DNA of 29,800 nucleotides from a virus (taxonomy: Duplodnaviria > Caudoviricetes), in IMG/VR virus record IMGVR_UViG_3300010220_000080, positions 1 to 29,800 of that record, one strand, 5' to 3'. The notes beneath the pieces are model-generated. The model saw nothing but the letters and a program-made list of their open reading frames with translations, did not search any database and had not been told where the DNA came from. Position numbers and translations under genes: made by a program. Positions 17,283 to 26,436 of the stretch are shown piece by piece (within the stretch, counting starts at the first letter, position 1; each line of letters starts with the position of its first letter).

Positions 17283-19789
17283 GTCCCGACCAACTTGCTG
17301 TAGTCGAAGCCCTCATCGACGGATCGAACCTGCCAGCGAAACCGGGCGACAGCATCGCCGTCCTCGAGGCCCGGAGGCGGGTTCAGGACCGTACGCTTGA
17401 GAAAGCCACCGGTGATCGAACCCTCACCCGGTTCCAGGTCGCCGAGCACGGCCGCGATCTTGGCCCAGTCTTCGAAGAAGTATTCCGCGAGGAGAGGGAT
17501 GACCTTGTGGCGCATGACCTCGTCGACATCTGCTTGCGAACTGCACGCAGTGAAGTAGGCGTGTCCGATCTGGTGTTCGCGGTCGTAGAGATACTCGATC
17601 CGCTCGTTGATCGTGGCGAGAAGTCGCGGCAGGTCGATCCCGCATTTCTGGCCAGCGTCTTTGAGGATGGATGCATCAGGCATCATTTCACGGAACGTGA
17701 ACCGGCGCCGGAGTGCAGTGTCGAGAAGCGCGATCGACCGGTCGGCGGTGTTCATGGTGCCAAGGATGTGCAGGTTGGACGGCACGCCGAATTCGTCCCC
17801 GGAATAGGGCAAGCGGACCCGCACCGCATTCGGCTGGTTGAGCCGCTTGTCGGCCTCGAGAAGGGTGATCAGTTCGCCGAAGACCTTGGAGATGTTCGCC
17901 CGGTTGATCTCGTCGATAATCAGAACGAACTGATCGGGCTCGTCACCCCCGTCGCTCCTCTGGCTGTTCATGTAGCGCTCGAGCGCCGGAATATTGAGCT
18001 CGCTGTCGTAGAGCAGATAAATAGACTGCTGCATGAAGCCGCGGTTGTAGATCTCGCTGACCGCTACCCCGTCACGATCCACCCAAAGCCATCGCACCGC
18101 GCGACGGTGGGCATAGCCCCCTTCCGGCCGTGGCTTGAACTCGTAATCGCCGACGAACTCCCCGATGGCACGGAACTGCTGGTTTCCCTTCGATACGATC
18201 ACGATGTCGCCTTGCCGGACCCAGTTCCGGAACCGAAAGGGCATCTGCACCCATCCGGATCTTGCATCTATGTCGCCGCCGCCGTCTCGGTGGTCCTTGC
18301 AGGCCTCGAAGATCGCCTCCCGGCTGGCGTACTTCTCATCGCTCCAGTCGATGTCGTCGAAGCCGAGGAGTGTGTAACCGCCCTCTATCGCTTCCTCGAA
18401 CAAGTGCGCGTCGTCAGGGTTGTTCGCTTCGCCGATCGACATCTTGAAGACCTGGCGGCCCTCCAGCTTGATCATGTCATCGCCCGATGAGCGTCCACGG
18501 CTGGTCTCCGCGCGCTTCGCGATCCGCCTGAATATTCCGTGGACCGTTTCGAGCCGGAAGCCGGCCGACTCCGCCTCAGCTTCGCCGTCCGCCCCGGTCA
18601 TGGGCTGCCGACCTTCGACAAAATCCTCGTAGGCCATCGACTGGTGGAATGTGACGAACTCGATGCGCCCGGCCGCCACAAGCCTCTGGTAGGCCGCCAT
18701 GAGCTCGGCCCGATCCTGGGGGACCGGCTCGCCGCACAGGCGCACTGCCTCGGCCGCGGTGGAGAAGGTTTTCCCGGTGCCGGGCGGCCCGTAGAGAATG
18801 AGGTTCATAGGGCTGAATCCCTTCTGGATCTTGCCGTCAGCAGCGCGACTATCGTCAGCGCTGCTCGTTCCATTCACGCCGCCACGTGGGGGAACACCGA
18901 TTGCCTGAGCAATCTCCGGAGAGAGCTCATAGCGAATAAGCTTGTCGCCGCCGTAGGTCAGGTAATTGACGGGTCCGCCGGCGATCGCCTTGACCCGTGA
19001 CGCGAGGCCGTCGACGAGCATCGCCCGTGCGACATCGACGATGTCCTCCGTCTCGATAGCCTCATCCGCTTTGTTCCCGGCGCCTCGCGGCTTGATCCGA
19101 TATGCCGATACTCCGCTGCTGCGGTTGTAGTTCCTGACAGGCTGAAAAGGGGCACCCGTCGCATCGAAAAGGACAAAGGGGCGGCTGTCATCGGACTGAA
19201 CAGTTTCATCAAGCTTGAAGCGGAACACCGTGGCTGAGCTTTGGTCGGCCCCGATCCGTTCGGGCTCTGGGAGCTGCGCCATGTCCTGGAACATCCGTCC
19301 GGCCAGAGCTTGGCAGATATTCGGCCAGGCCTCTTTGAGCCCAAGTGCTGCGTTCACGTCGCGGACGAGCACGTCGACGTGGTCGCGACCTCCCTCACGC
19401 GCGGGCTCGATGTAGTGCTCGAGTACGTATTGCCGTATCCGATCAGCGTCCTTGGCTGCTCCCGGAGGGTCACCCGCCAGGAACCGCCCGTACTGCCCCA
19501 ACCAGCTACCCCAGTTGGAGAGCCTGTTGTGGGGATTGTCGGAGTCCGGCATGAGGATCCGGTAGTCCTGGCCGCCTGTTCGGGCATCCTCACGCATCTT
19601 GCGCAGACGCTCGCGCAGCGCCTCGAACCTGTCAGCTTCCCATGCCTCGTCGAGATCCCGATGAGGCATTCCAAGTGCCGCAAGATTTCGCTCGATGGTT
19701 CGGATCGCGTAAGCCCGCGAATTGCGGCCCGCTTCTGTCTGAGCTCCGCCTTGCTCAAGCCATGTCTTGAATTCGTGTTCTTTCGTCAT
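17279..19789 (-). CDS. mcrB: McrB family AAA+ GTPase with several extra domains (836 aa)
   Basis: NLILYGPPGTGKT, FVTFHQSMAYEDFVEG, IIDEINRANISKVFGELITLLE, MNTADRS (NxxD), ALRRRF, IGHAYF. Confidence 0.93.
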   Translation of the reverse strand: MTKEHEFKTWLEQGGAQTEAGRNSRAYAIRTIERNLAALGMPHRDLDEAWEADRFEALRERLRKMREDARTGGQDYRILMPDSDNPHNRLSNWGSWLGQYGRFLAGDPPGAAKDADRIRQYVLEHYIEPAREGGRDHVDVLVRDVNAALGLKEAWPNICQALAGRMFQDMAQLPEPERIGADQSSATVFRFKLDETVQSDDSRPFVLFDATGAPFQPVRNYNRSSGVSAYRIKPRGAGNKADEAIETEDIVDVARAMLVDGLASRVKAIAGGPVNYLTYGGDKLIRYELSPEIAQAIGVPPRGGVNGTSSADDSRAADGKIQKGFSPMNLILYGPPGTGKTFSTAAEAVRLCGEPVPQDRAELMAAYQRLVAAGRIEFVTFHQSMAYEDFVEGRQPMTGADGEAEAESAGFRLETVHGIFRRIAKRAETSRGRSSGDDMIKLEGRQVFKMSIGEANNPDDAHLFEEAIEGGYTLLGFDDIDWSDEKYASREAIFEACKDHRDGGGDIDARSGWVQMPFRFRNWVRQGDIVIVSKGNQQFRAIGEFVGDYEFKPRPEGGYAHRRAVRWLWVDRDGVAVSEIYNRGFMQQSIYLLYDSELNIPALERYMNSQRSDGGDEPDQFVLIIDEINRANISKVFGELITLLEADKRLNQPNAVRVRLPYSGDEFGVPSNLHILGTMNTADRSIALLDTALRRRFTFREMMPDASILKDAGQKCGIDLPRLLATINERIEYLYDREHQIGHAYFTACSSQADVDEVMRHKVIPLLAEYFFEDWAKIAAVLGDLEPGEGSITGGFLKRTVLNPPPGLEDGDAVARFRWQVRSVDEGFDYSKLVGT

Positions 19790-19837
19790 TCACAGATCGC
19801 GATTTACCAAGTTCAATAAGTGAAGACGGTGACCACG

Positions 19838-21013
19838 TCACCGCAATGGTTCAGTGCCTCGACTGAGGATGCTCAAGTAGTCGCTGTACACATACATCCG
19901 GCCGCGCTGTTTCCCCGTCACCTCCCGCACGATGCCGAGATCCTCCAGATGCTGGATCGACTTCGCAATTGTCGGGGGCGAGATGCTCAGCCGCTGCGCC
20001 GCCGCGGGAATGCCGATGATCGGCTTCTGCTGAAGCAGCTGGTGAACCCGGAGGGCGGATGCGGCCGGGCGTCCGAGATCCTCGATCCGGTGCCGATCAG
20101 CTTCGAACAGTGCGAGGATCTCGCGCGCCGCCTCGGACGCCTGCAGAGACGTCTCGGCGATGCCGTCGAGGAAGAACTCCAGCCATGTCTCCCAGTCGCC
20201 ATTCTCGCGGACCTGTTGCAGCAGGTCGTAATACTGGCGGCGATGTGTCTTGAAGTAGAGGCTGAGATAGAGGATCGGCTCCTTCAGGATCCCCTGCGTG
20301 CAGAGCAGAAAGGTGATCAGCAGGCGGCCGAGGCGTCCGTTTCCGTCGAGGAACGGATGGATGGTCTCGAACTGCACATGGACCAGCCCTGCCTTGATGA
20401 GGGTCGGCATCTCCGGCGTGTCGGTATGGATGAACGCCTCCAGGTCCGACATGAGGTCGAGGACGTTCTCGGGGGGCGGAGGTACGAAGAGCGCATTGCC
20501 CGGCCGCGTTCCGCCGATCCAGTTCTGCGAACGTCGGAACTCTCCCGGCTGCTTCGTGCTCCCGCGTCCCTTTTCGAGAAGGATGGCGTGGATTTCCCGG
20601 ATCAGGCGCAGGGAAAGCGGAAAGCCCTCGCGGATCCGGTCGAGGCCATGGTTCATGGCGGCGACGTAGTTGGAAACCTCCTGCACGTCGTCGAGCGGGA
20701 CGCCTGGCGCTTCCTCGCTCTCGAACAGCAGGAGATCGGAGAGCGACGATTGCGTGCCCTCGATCTGCGAGGATAGCAGCGCCTCTTTGCGGACGTACAT
20801 GTAGAGGAAGAGCGGGGTGTCAGGCAGGATGGAGGTCACGCCATCGAGCCGGCCGATCGCGCGGTTCGCGCGCTCGAGCTGACGGTAGAGCCGGTCCATC
20901 CTGACGGGCGGCGCCGGCGGCAAGGGTGGAGGCACGAACGCCTCTGCGCGTTCGCCTGCGGTCGAGATGGCCACGCGCTGACCCAACCGTGATGGCTCCG
21001 GTGCTAACGCCAT
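19838..21013 (-). CDS. Class II Fic protein with C-terminal HTH (391 aa)
   Basis: Fic motif HPFLDGNGRLGR, inhibitory motif SSQIEG, C-terminal wHTH ending GIVREVTGKQRGRMYVY. Start set at MALAPE. Confidence 0.92.
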   Translation of the reverse strand: MALAPEPSRLGQRVAISTAGERAEAFVPPPLPPAPPVRMDRLYRQLERANRAIGRLDGVTSILPDTPLFLYMYVRKEALLSSQIEGTQSSLSDLLLFESEEAPGVPLDDVQEVSNYVAAMNHGLDRIREGFPLSLRLIREIHAILLEKGRGSTKQPGEFRRSQNWIGGTRPGNALFVPPPPENVLDLMSDLEAFIHTDTPEMPTLIKAGLVHVQFETIHPFLDGNGRLGRLLITFLLCTQGILKEPILYLSLYFKTHRRQYYDLLQQVRENGDWETWLEFFLDGIAETSLQASEAAREILALFEADRHRIEDLGRPAASALRVHQLLQQKPIIGIPAAAQRLSISPPTIAKSIQHLEDLGIVREVTGKQRGRMYVYSDYLSILSRGTEPLR

Positions 21014-21020
21014 GGTTGAA

Positions 21021-21103
21021 AAAGGATCCTTTCCTTGGCAGGCTACCTGAGAAAGGATATCGCATATTCCTTTCTTTGTCGTGGTTCTAACGGAAGGTTC
21101 CTT
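21021..21103. promoter_or_regulatory. Three AAGG...CCTT palindromes in the divergent fic / QueC-operon intergenic region
   Basis: AAAGGATCCTTT (21021-21032), GAAAGGA-10nt-TCCTTTC (21051-21074), AAGGTTCCTT (21094-21103). Confidence 0.55.
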
Positions 21104-21175
21104 TTCTTGTCGAGTGCTCATTCCCTCTGTCCGCGCCAGATCCGGTCCGGGCGCACCCTCTGAACCGGTGGCGCG

Positions 21176-21961
21176 ATGGGACATCAGCGCCTCGGAAAAC
21201 TCCCCACCCACCGATACCTGCCGGACATCGTCAGGTATCTGGTGACCGGTGGCGCACCCACCGCGCCGCTGGTGGAACAGGTGACCGAAGTCAGTCGGGA
21301 CGCGCTGAAGCACGCGCTGAGGGACCCTGTCTTCGTGGAAGCGTTGTGGCTGCTCATCAGGTTGCCGCAGGCCGCTGCGTCGAAGGATTTCGGGGCAGCC
21401 CTCGCCGACATTGGCATGGGAGCGCGACCGCCGACTTCGGTGACTGAACTGATGGTCGCCTACAACAGCGCACTTGAGCGCGTGCAACGGCGTGTCCATG
21501 CGGGAGCGACGGACCTTGGCGACATCGCCCGCGAGGCGGGAGCCGCCGCGCTCGCTGAGGCCGTGGAGGCGGGCATGCCGATGTGGTCCCCAACTGCTGC
21601 CGATGTGCAGGCTTCAGTGGCGGCGCTGAGGTCACCGGAGAAATTCGGCGCCCTGGCCCACCATTTCCACGCAAACATCGTGGAACGCGTCATCCACTAT
21701 TACGTCGATCGAAACTTGCACAAGCTCGTCGGCGCCGATCGCGTTGCGCGGTCTGTCCATGATCTCGGGACGTACAATTCCGCGATACGCCGTCACTGCA
21801 TCGAGGCTGCGCTGATCATGCGCGCCTTCGCCAGGGACTGGCTTGGCAAGAACCAGTACCGGGACGGCAAGGACATATCGAGGGATGACGCCCGCCGCTT
21901 CTCGGCCTTCGCCGTCGATAAGATTGGGAACGAACTCAAGAACAGGAAGGGGCCAAAGTGA
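21176..21961 (+). CDS. Hypothetical helical protein beginning MGHQRLG, a QatB-like positional partner of the QueC-family gene
   Basis: 261-aa ORF, GTGA-coupled to the QueC-like gene. QatB likeness rests on size, position and Gly2 only. Confidence 0.75.
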   Translation: MGHQRLGKLPTHRYLPDIVRYLVTGGAPTAPLVEQVTEVSRDALKHALRDPVFVEALWLLIRLPQAAASKDFGAALADIGMGARPPTSVTELMVAYNSALERVQRRVHAGATDLGDIAREAGAAALAEAVEAGMPMWSPTAADVQASVAALRSPEKFGALAHHFHANIVERVIHYYVDRNLHKLVGADRVARSVHDLGTYNSAIRRHCIEAALIMRAFARDWLGKNQYRDGKDISRDDARRFSAFAVDKIGNELKNRKGPK

Positions 21962-23820
21962 AACGATGCCTGATCGAATGCGGCGTGCCGCAGGCATCCG
22001 AGGCCGATGCGCTCGCGATGAACGTCAGCGAGCCCGGCAAGAACGTCAATCTCAGGATCGACTACATCAGCCGCTCGATGATCGGGAACATTCCCGACCT
22101 GTTGATCGACCTCCTCGAGGTGGCGGCCTACGTGTACTGCGCCGATCAGCGCATTGCACGTGGGTCCGCCATGCTCACGAACTTCGGGGAAGACTGGCGC
22201 CGCAGTCTGACCTTCTCGATTCCCGTACGTCACCCTGAGGTCTGGCAGCGTGCAGATGTGCAGGAGCTCCTCCTCGATACGCTCGGGTTCCTGTCCGACG
22301 ACAGCTATGAGTTCAGTTTCCGCAAGGCGGAAGCGCCCGTGCAGCCGCGAGAGCTGTATTTTCCGGAGCTTCTCGAAGCCTTCCAGGAAAACGATGAGGT
22401 GGCGCTCTTCTCCGGCGGTGTCGATTCCTTTGCCGGTGCTGTCAACGACATCGTCACTCACGGCAAGTCGGTAACCCTCGTCGGTCATTACTCGTCAACG
22501 AAGGTACGAAACGTTCAGGAAGAGCTTATCCGCGATCTGAAACAGCGCGGATATGAAAAGCGGGTCTCCTACGTTCCCGTATGGGTCTCGAATGAGGTCG
22601 CCAAGCCCGTCGAGTTCACGCAGCGGACCCGCTCGTTTCTGTTTGCCTGTCTCGGTCTCGTCGTGGCGAAGATGTCGGGCAAGGACGGGTTCAGCTTCTA
22701 TGAGAATGGGGTTGTCAGCATCAACCCGCCCCTGGCGGGCGACGTGGTCGGCGGCCGCGCGACGCGCACGACGCATCCCAAGGTTCTCCGCGGGTTGGAG
22801 GCGCTGTTCTCGACCCTGCTCGACAGTGAGATTGAGATCCGTACTCCGCTTCAATGGCTGACCAAGAAAGAGGTCACCCAGAAGATCGCCGATGCGGGCG
22901 TTGCGGACATGCTTGCCGCCACGGTGAGTTGCACGCGGCCGCGCAGCTGGACGGTCAAGCAGAAGCACTGCGGGCTCTGTTCGCAGTGCATCGACAGGCG
23001 GTTTGCCATCTTGGCTGCAGGACTGGAACAGTATGAACCGCCCCAGAACTACAAGCGCGACCTCCTCCTCGGGGATCGCAGCGCGGACGATGAGTTGCGA
23101 ATGGCTCTTAGCTATGTCGCGTTCTTTCGGGACGTCGCCGGAATGCCGAAGGCGCGTTTTCTTTCTGGGTTCCAGCAGGTCATTTCCGCGCTCGATCACT
23201 TCCCTGATCTGTCAGTCGACGAGGCAGGATCACGCCTGTTCGAGCTGTTTCAGCGGCATGCGCGCTCGATAGAAGAAGTCATTGCCAAGGCGCTCATCGA
23301 GCATGGCGACCGGCTTTACAGGGGTGAGGTTCCGCCTGGTTCGCTTCTGGCGACTTGCTTCACTCGAGACCATGTCGAGATCGCGCCGGAGTCCGACTAT
23401 GATCGGCAGGCCACCGATTTCGTCGACAGGCTCAGTGCTCCCGTTCTCGAGTTCGCGGTGGATCACGATGCCGACCAGGTGCTCTTCCATGGCGGGCATC
23501 TTCTCGAAGGTGCCAACTACCGCTTCGTGAACGCGCTGATCGAGAATTTCCGGAAGGCCAAGCGGACGCGCTCGGAGGTCCAGTTCATGCCACCTCACGA
23601 TGTGGCGGACAAAATAGGCGTATCCGAGCAGTCGATGCGCCAGCAACTGCGCAGGTTGCGAGACGCGCTCGACCCGCTGGCGGTGATGCTCGGGATCCCG
23701 CTCGATCAGGACAGTTTCATCGAGACCAAGGATCGCGCTGGCTACCGCCTCAACCCGGCATGCCGTGAGATCTCCCTCGGCGACATTGAGGCTCCGAATC
23801 CGGCTGCGTCACAGGAATAA
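21958..23820 (+). CDS. QueC-family (QatC-like) PP-loop enzyme fused to a C-terminal winged-helix DNA-binding domain (620 aa)
   Basis: QatC-type N-domain (DLLEVAAYVYCAD...WRR...IPV..P..W), PP-loop LFSGGVDS, RTRSFLF, ENGVVSINPPL, RTTHP, Zn site SC...HCGLCSQC. C-terminus DVADKIGVSEQSMRQQLRRLR...FIETKDRAGYRL. Confidence 0.85.
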   Translation: MKRCLIECGVPQASEADALAMNVSEPGKNVNLRIDYISRSMIGNIPDLLIDLLEVAAYVYCADQRIARGSAMLTNFGEDWRRSLTFSIPVRHPEVWQRADVQELLLDTLGFLSDDSYEFSFRKAEAPVQPRELYFPELLEAFQENDEVALFSGGVDSFAGAVNDIVTHGKSVTLVGHYSSTKVRNVQEELIRDLKQRGYEKRVSYVPVWVSNEVAKPVEFTQRTRSFLFACLGLVVAKMSGKDGFSFYENGVVSINPPLAGDVVGGRATRTTHPKVLRGLEALFSTLLDSEIEIRTPLQWLTKKEVTQKIADAGVADMLAATVSCTRPRSWTVKQKHCGLCSQCIDRRFAILAAGLEQYEPPQNYKRDLLLGDRSADDELRMALSYVAFFRDVAGMPKARFLSGFQQVISALDHFPDLSVDEAGSRLFELFQRHARSIEEVIAKALIEHGDRLYRGEVPPGSLLATCFTRDHVEIAPESDYDRQATDFVDRLSAPVLEFAVDHDADQVLFHGGHLLEGANYRFVNALIENFRKAKRTRSEVQFMPPHDVADKIGVSEQSMRQQLRRLRDALDPLAVMLGIPLDQDSFIETKDRAGYRLNPACREISLGDIEAPNPAASQE

Positions 23821-23913
23821 TCCGCCGACGTCACAGGCCACCACGCGCAAGGTCACGATCTGCCCAGCAAAGCCCCGTTTTTCGGGGCTTTTTTCTTGTC
23901 CGCACGTCACAAG
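23807..23913 (+). promoter_or_regulatory. Phased GTCAC direct repeats, putative wHTH operator
   Basis: GTCAC at 23808, 23830, 23852 (22-bp period) and 23906. CGTCACAGG is identical in the first two copies. Confidence 0.6.
23869..23894 (+). terminator. Rho-independent terminator after the QueC-wHTH gene
   Basis: AAAGCCCCG-TTTTT-CGGGGCTTT followed by further Ts. Confidence 0.8.
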
Positions 23914-24023
23914 AAAGTCCGGGCGTGATCATTTATTCGAGGCCGTAAAACACTGAAATTGTTCGCATATCCGGGCGCATCAACGTGCCGGGGTGAACAA
24001 CGGACAACTCAATGAGGTTTCGG

Positions 24024-24233
24024 ATGTCTGTCACGCATCTCAACCAGGCCGAGCTGGCAGCTCGATGGAAGATCAGCCCGCGCACGCTGGAGCGCTGGCG
24101 TTGGACCGGTGAGGGCCCCGCCTTCATCAAGATCGGCGGCCGGGTCGTGTACCGGCTCGAGGATGTCGAGGCCTACGAGGCCAACCGGCACTGCTCGAGC
24201 ACGGCCGACAAGCCCGCCGTGAAGCTGGCGTGA
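24024..24233 (+). CDS. Small HTH_17/excisionase-like DNA-binding protein
   Basis: HLNQAELAARWKISPRTLERWRWTGEGPAFIKIGGRVVYRLEDVEAYE. GAGG RBS upstream. Confidence 0.9.
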   Translation: MSVTHLNQAELAARWKISPRTLERWRWTGEGPAFIKIGGRVVYRLEDVEAYEANRHCSSTADKPAVKLA

Positions 24234-24243
24234 GGGGGTGGCC

Positions 24244-24729
24244 ATGACGATCCCCAACCGCATCACCCTCGACGATCTGCCCTCCATGTCGATCGACGAG
24301 ATCCTTGCCCTTTCTGGTGAGCAACTGGCGCTCGCAGAGGACGAAGCCTGTGAGCGGCTGCGCGCCGCCAAGACTCTTTACGACTGGATCGTCGGGGCCA
24401 TCGCGCTGAAGTACGGCGACCAGGCGCAGGAGGCGCGCCGCGCGGAGGGCAAGGACACCGGCACCGTCCGGCTGGAGGACGGCCCGGTCACCGTGGTGGC
24501 GGAGCTCCCCAAGCGCGTGGATTGGGACCAGGTGATGCTCGCCGGTCTGGTCGAGCGCATCCGGGCCGATGGCGCCGATCCCGCCGAGTACGTCGACATC
24601 GCGTTCAGCGTGCCCGAGCGCAAGTACACCGCCTGGCCCAAGGACATCCGCCAGGAGTTCGAGCCCGCCCGCACGGTCCGGACGGCCAAGCCGAAGTTCC
24701 GGCTGCTGCTCGACGAGGAGGCGCGCTGA
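24244..24729 (+). CDS. Phage hypothetical protein of the recombination module
   Basis: In operon with an RBS, TGATG-coupled to the AAA_24 gene. Contains KRVDWDQ and SVPERKYTAWP. Confidence 0.8.
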   Translation: MTIPNRITLDDLPSMSIDEILALSGEQLALAEDEACERLRAAKTLYDWIVGAIALKYGDQAQEARRAEGKDTGTVRLEDGPVTVVAELPKRVDWDQVMLAGLVERIRADGADPAEYVDIAFSVPERKYTAWPKDIRQEFEPARTVRTAKPKFRLLLDEEAR

Positions 24730-25475
24730 TGGCCATCTCGCTCGCATCCCTGCAAACCTCGACTGTGCTGCGCCCGCCGCGCGTCCTGATCCATGGCGTC
24801 GCCGGCATCGGCAAATCCACCTTCGCCGCGTCCGCCGACGCGCCGGTGTTCGTCCTCACCGAGGACGGTCTCGGCAAGCTGCAGGTGCCGCATTTCCCGT
24901 TGGCGACGAGCTACGCGGAGGTCGCCGAGGCGCTCGACGCCCTGCTTGACGAGGACCACCCCTATTCGACGGTGGTTGTCGACAGCGTGGACTGGCTGGA
25001 GCCGCTGATCTGGGCCGAGGCCTGCCGGCGCAACGGCTGGCAGTCGATCGAAAGCCCCGGCTTCGGCAAGGGCTACGCCGAGGCGCTGACCATCTGGCGC
25101 GAGTACATCGACAGGCTGAACGCGCTCCGCGACCGGAAGGGCATGGCGGTCATCCAGATCGCCCACACCGACATCAAGCGCTTCGACAGCCCCGAGCACG
25201 AACCCTACGACCGGTACGTGATCAAGCTGCAGGCACGCGCCTCCGCGCTGCTGCAGGAGCACTCGGACGTGGTGCTCTTCGCCAACTACCGGATCTCGGT
25301 CAGCAAGTCCGACGTCGGCTTCAACAAGAAGGTGACCCGGGCGCTCGGGTCCGGTGCGCGCGTCATGCACACCGAGGAGCGCCCCGCCTTTCTCGCCAAG
25401 AACCGTTACGGCCTGCCGGAAACCCTCCCGCTCGAGTGGTCGGAGTTCCTGGCCGCCATGCCCCAATCCGCCTGA
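24729..25475 (+). CDS. AAA_24 ATPase, Sak4-like phage recombination protein (248 aa)
   Basis: HGVAGIGKST Walker A, VVVDSVDWLE Walker B, GFGKGY, AKNRYGLP. Confidence 0.88.
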   Translation: MAISLASLQTSTVLRPPRVLIHGVAGIGKSTFAASADAPVFVLTEDGLGKLQVPHFPLATSYAEVAEALDALLDEDHPYSTVVVDSVDWLEPLIWAEACRRNGWQSIESPGFGKGYAEALTIWREYIDRLNALRDRKGMAVIQIAHTDIKRFDSPEHEPYDRYVIKLQARASALLQEHSDVVLFANYRISVSKSDVGFNKKVTRALGSGARVMHTEERPAFLAKNRYGLPETLPLEWSEFLAAMPQSA

Positions 25476-25497
25476 TTACGACTGAAAGGACAGCACG

Positions 25498-26004
25498 ATG
25501 GCACGTTTCGACACCGCCTTTGACGCCGCCGGCATCGAGCCCACCACCGCCTACGAGATCCTGCCCGCGGGCAAGTACCGCGCCCAGATCGTCGAGAGCG
25601 AGATGCGCGTCACGAAGAACGGGATGGGGAAGTATCTCTGGCTGATGCTCGACATCCTCGAGGGGCCGCAGCAGGGCCGCAAGGTCTTCGACCAGCTGAA
25701 CCTCGTGAACGCCAACCCGACCACGGTCGAGATCGCGCAGCGCACGCTGTCGGCGATCTGCCACGCCACGGGCAAGCTGCAGGTGAACGACAGCGAGGAG
25801 CTGCACCTGATCCCGATGACGATCCAGGTCGGCGTGAAGCCCCCGAAGGACGGCTACGGCGAGCGCAACACGATCCGCTACATGGTGCCGGAGGCCCCGG
25901 CGCAGGCGACCCCGCCGAGGTCCGCCGCGACGCAGCCGGCCAGCGCGCCCGCGCAGTCGGCGCCCGCCCGCCCGGCCACCGCGCCCTGGAACCGCAAGAG
26001 CTGA
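25498..26004 (+). CDS. DUF669-type phage single-stranded DNA-binding protein
   Basis: LPAGKYRAQI...GRKVFDQLNL, with a Pro/Ala-rich tail ending PW. Follows the Sak4-like ATPase. Confidence 0.82.
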   Translation: MARFDTAFDAAGIEPTTAYEILPAGKYRAQIVESEMRVTKNGMGKYLWLMLDILEGPQQGRKVFDQLNLVNANPTTVEIAQRTLSAICHATGKLQVNDSEELHLIPMTIQVGVKPPKDGYGERNTIRYMVPEAPAQATPPRSAATQPASAPAQSAPARPATAPWNRKS

Positions 26005-26070
26005 CGCCCTCGGCCGCCGCGGGCTGAGACCTGCGGCGGCGAGGACATCGCCAGACCCGAGAGACAGATC

Positions 26071-26436
26071 ATGACCAACATCACCGACGCGGCCTGCGTG
26101 GCCGCGAACGCCCCCGGCTTGCCCGACGACACCCGGCGCCTGATCGAGATCGAGGACGCCATCGCGAAGATCCGCACGCAGATCGCGACCGCCGATCTGA
26201 CGCGGCAGCGGACGGCGAAGCCGATCGACCCCGACTGGTTTCACCGCGCGCGCACGGCGCTGCGCCACCTCAATCGCGAGCGCGCCGAGATCGTGGCCCG
26301 TCAGGGCGGCCGCCGCCGGCGCGAACGGCTCAAGGACATGATCATCGCCGTACTCCGCGAACGCCATGACAGCGCCGCCTGGACCGCGGTGCTGGCAGAG
26401 GCGCGGGCGCGGCTCGAGCGGGAGGAGGCATGCTGA
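26071..26436 (+). CDS. Hypothetical coiled-coil phage protein (121 aa)
   Basis: In operon, stop overlaps the next ATG. Confidence 0.75.
   Translation: MTNITDAACVAANAPGLPDDTRRLIEIEDAIAKIRTQIATADLTRQRTAKPIDPDWFHRARTALRHLNRERAEIVARQGGRRRRERLKDMIIAVLRERHDSAAWTAVLAEARARLEREEAC

Noticed and set aside
21014-21499. 162-aa N-terminal extension of the Fic ORF
   Set aside because: Overlaps the divergent gene and intergenic palindromes; the Fic-like sequence begins at 21013.
21958-23820. Housekeeping queC for queuosine synthesis, or a complete qatABCD / type IV CBASS / Dpd system
   Set aside because: Much longer than canonical QueC, has a QatC-type N-domain, and none of the partner genes of those pathways is in the window.
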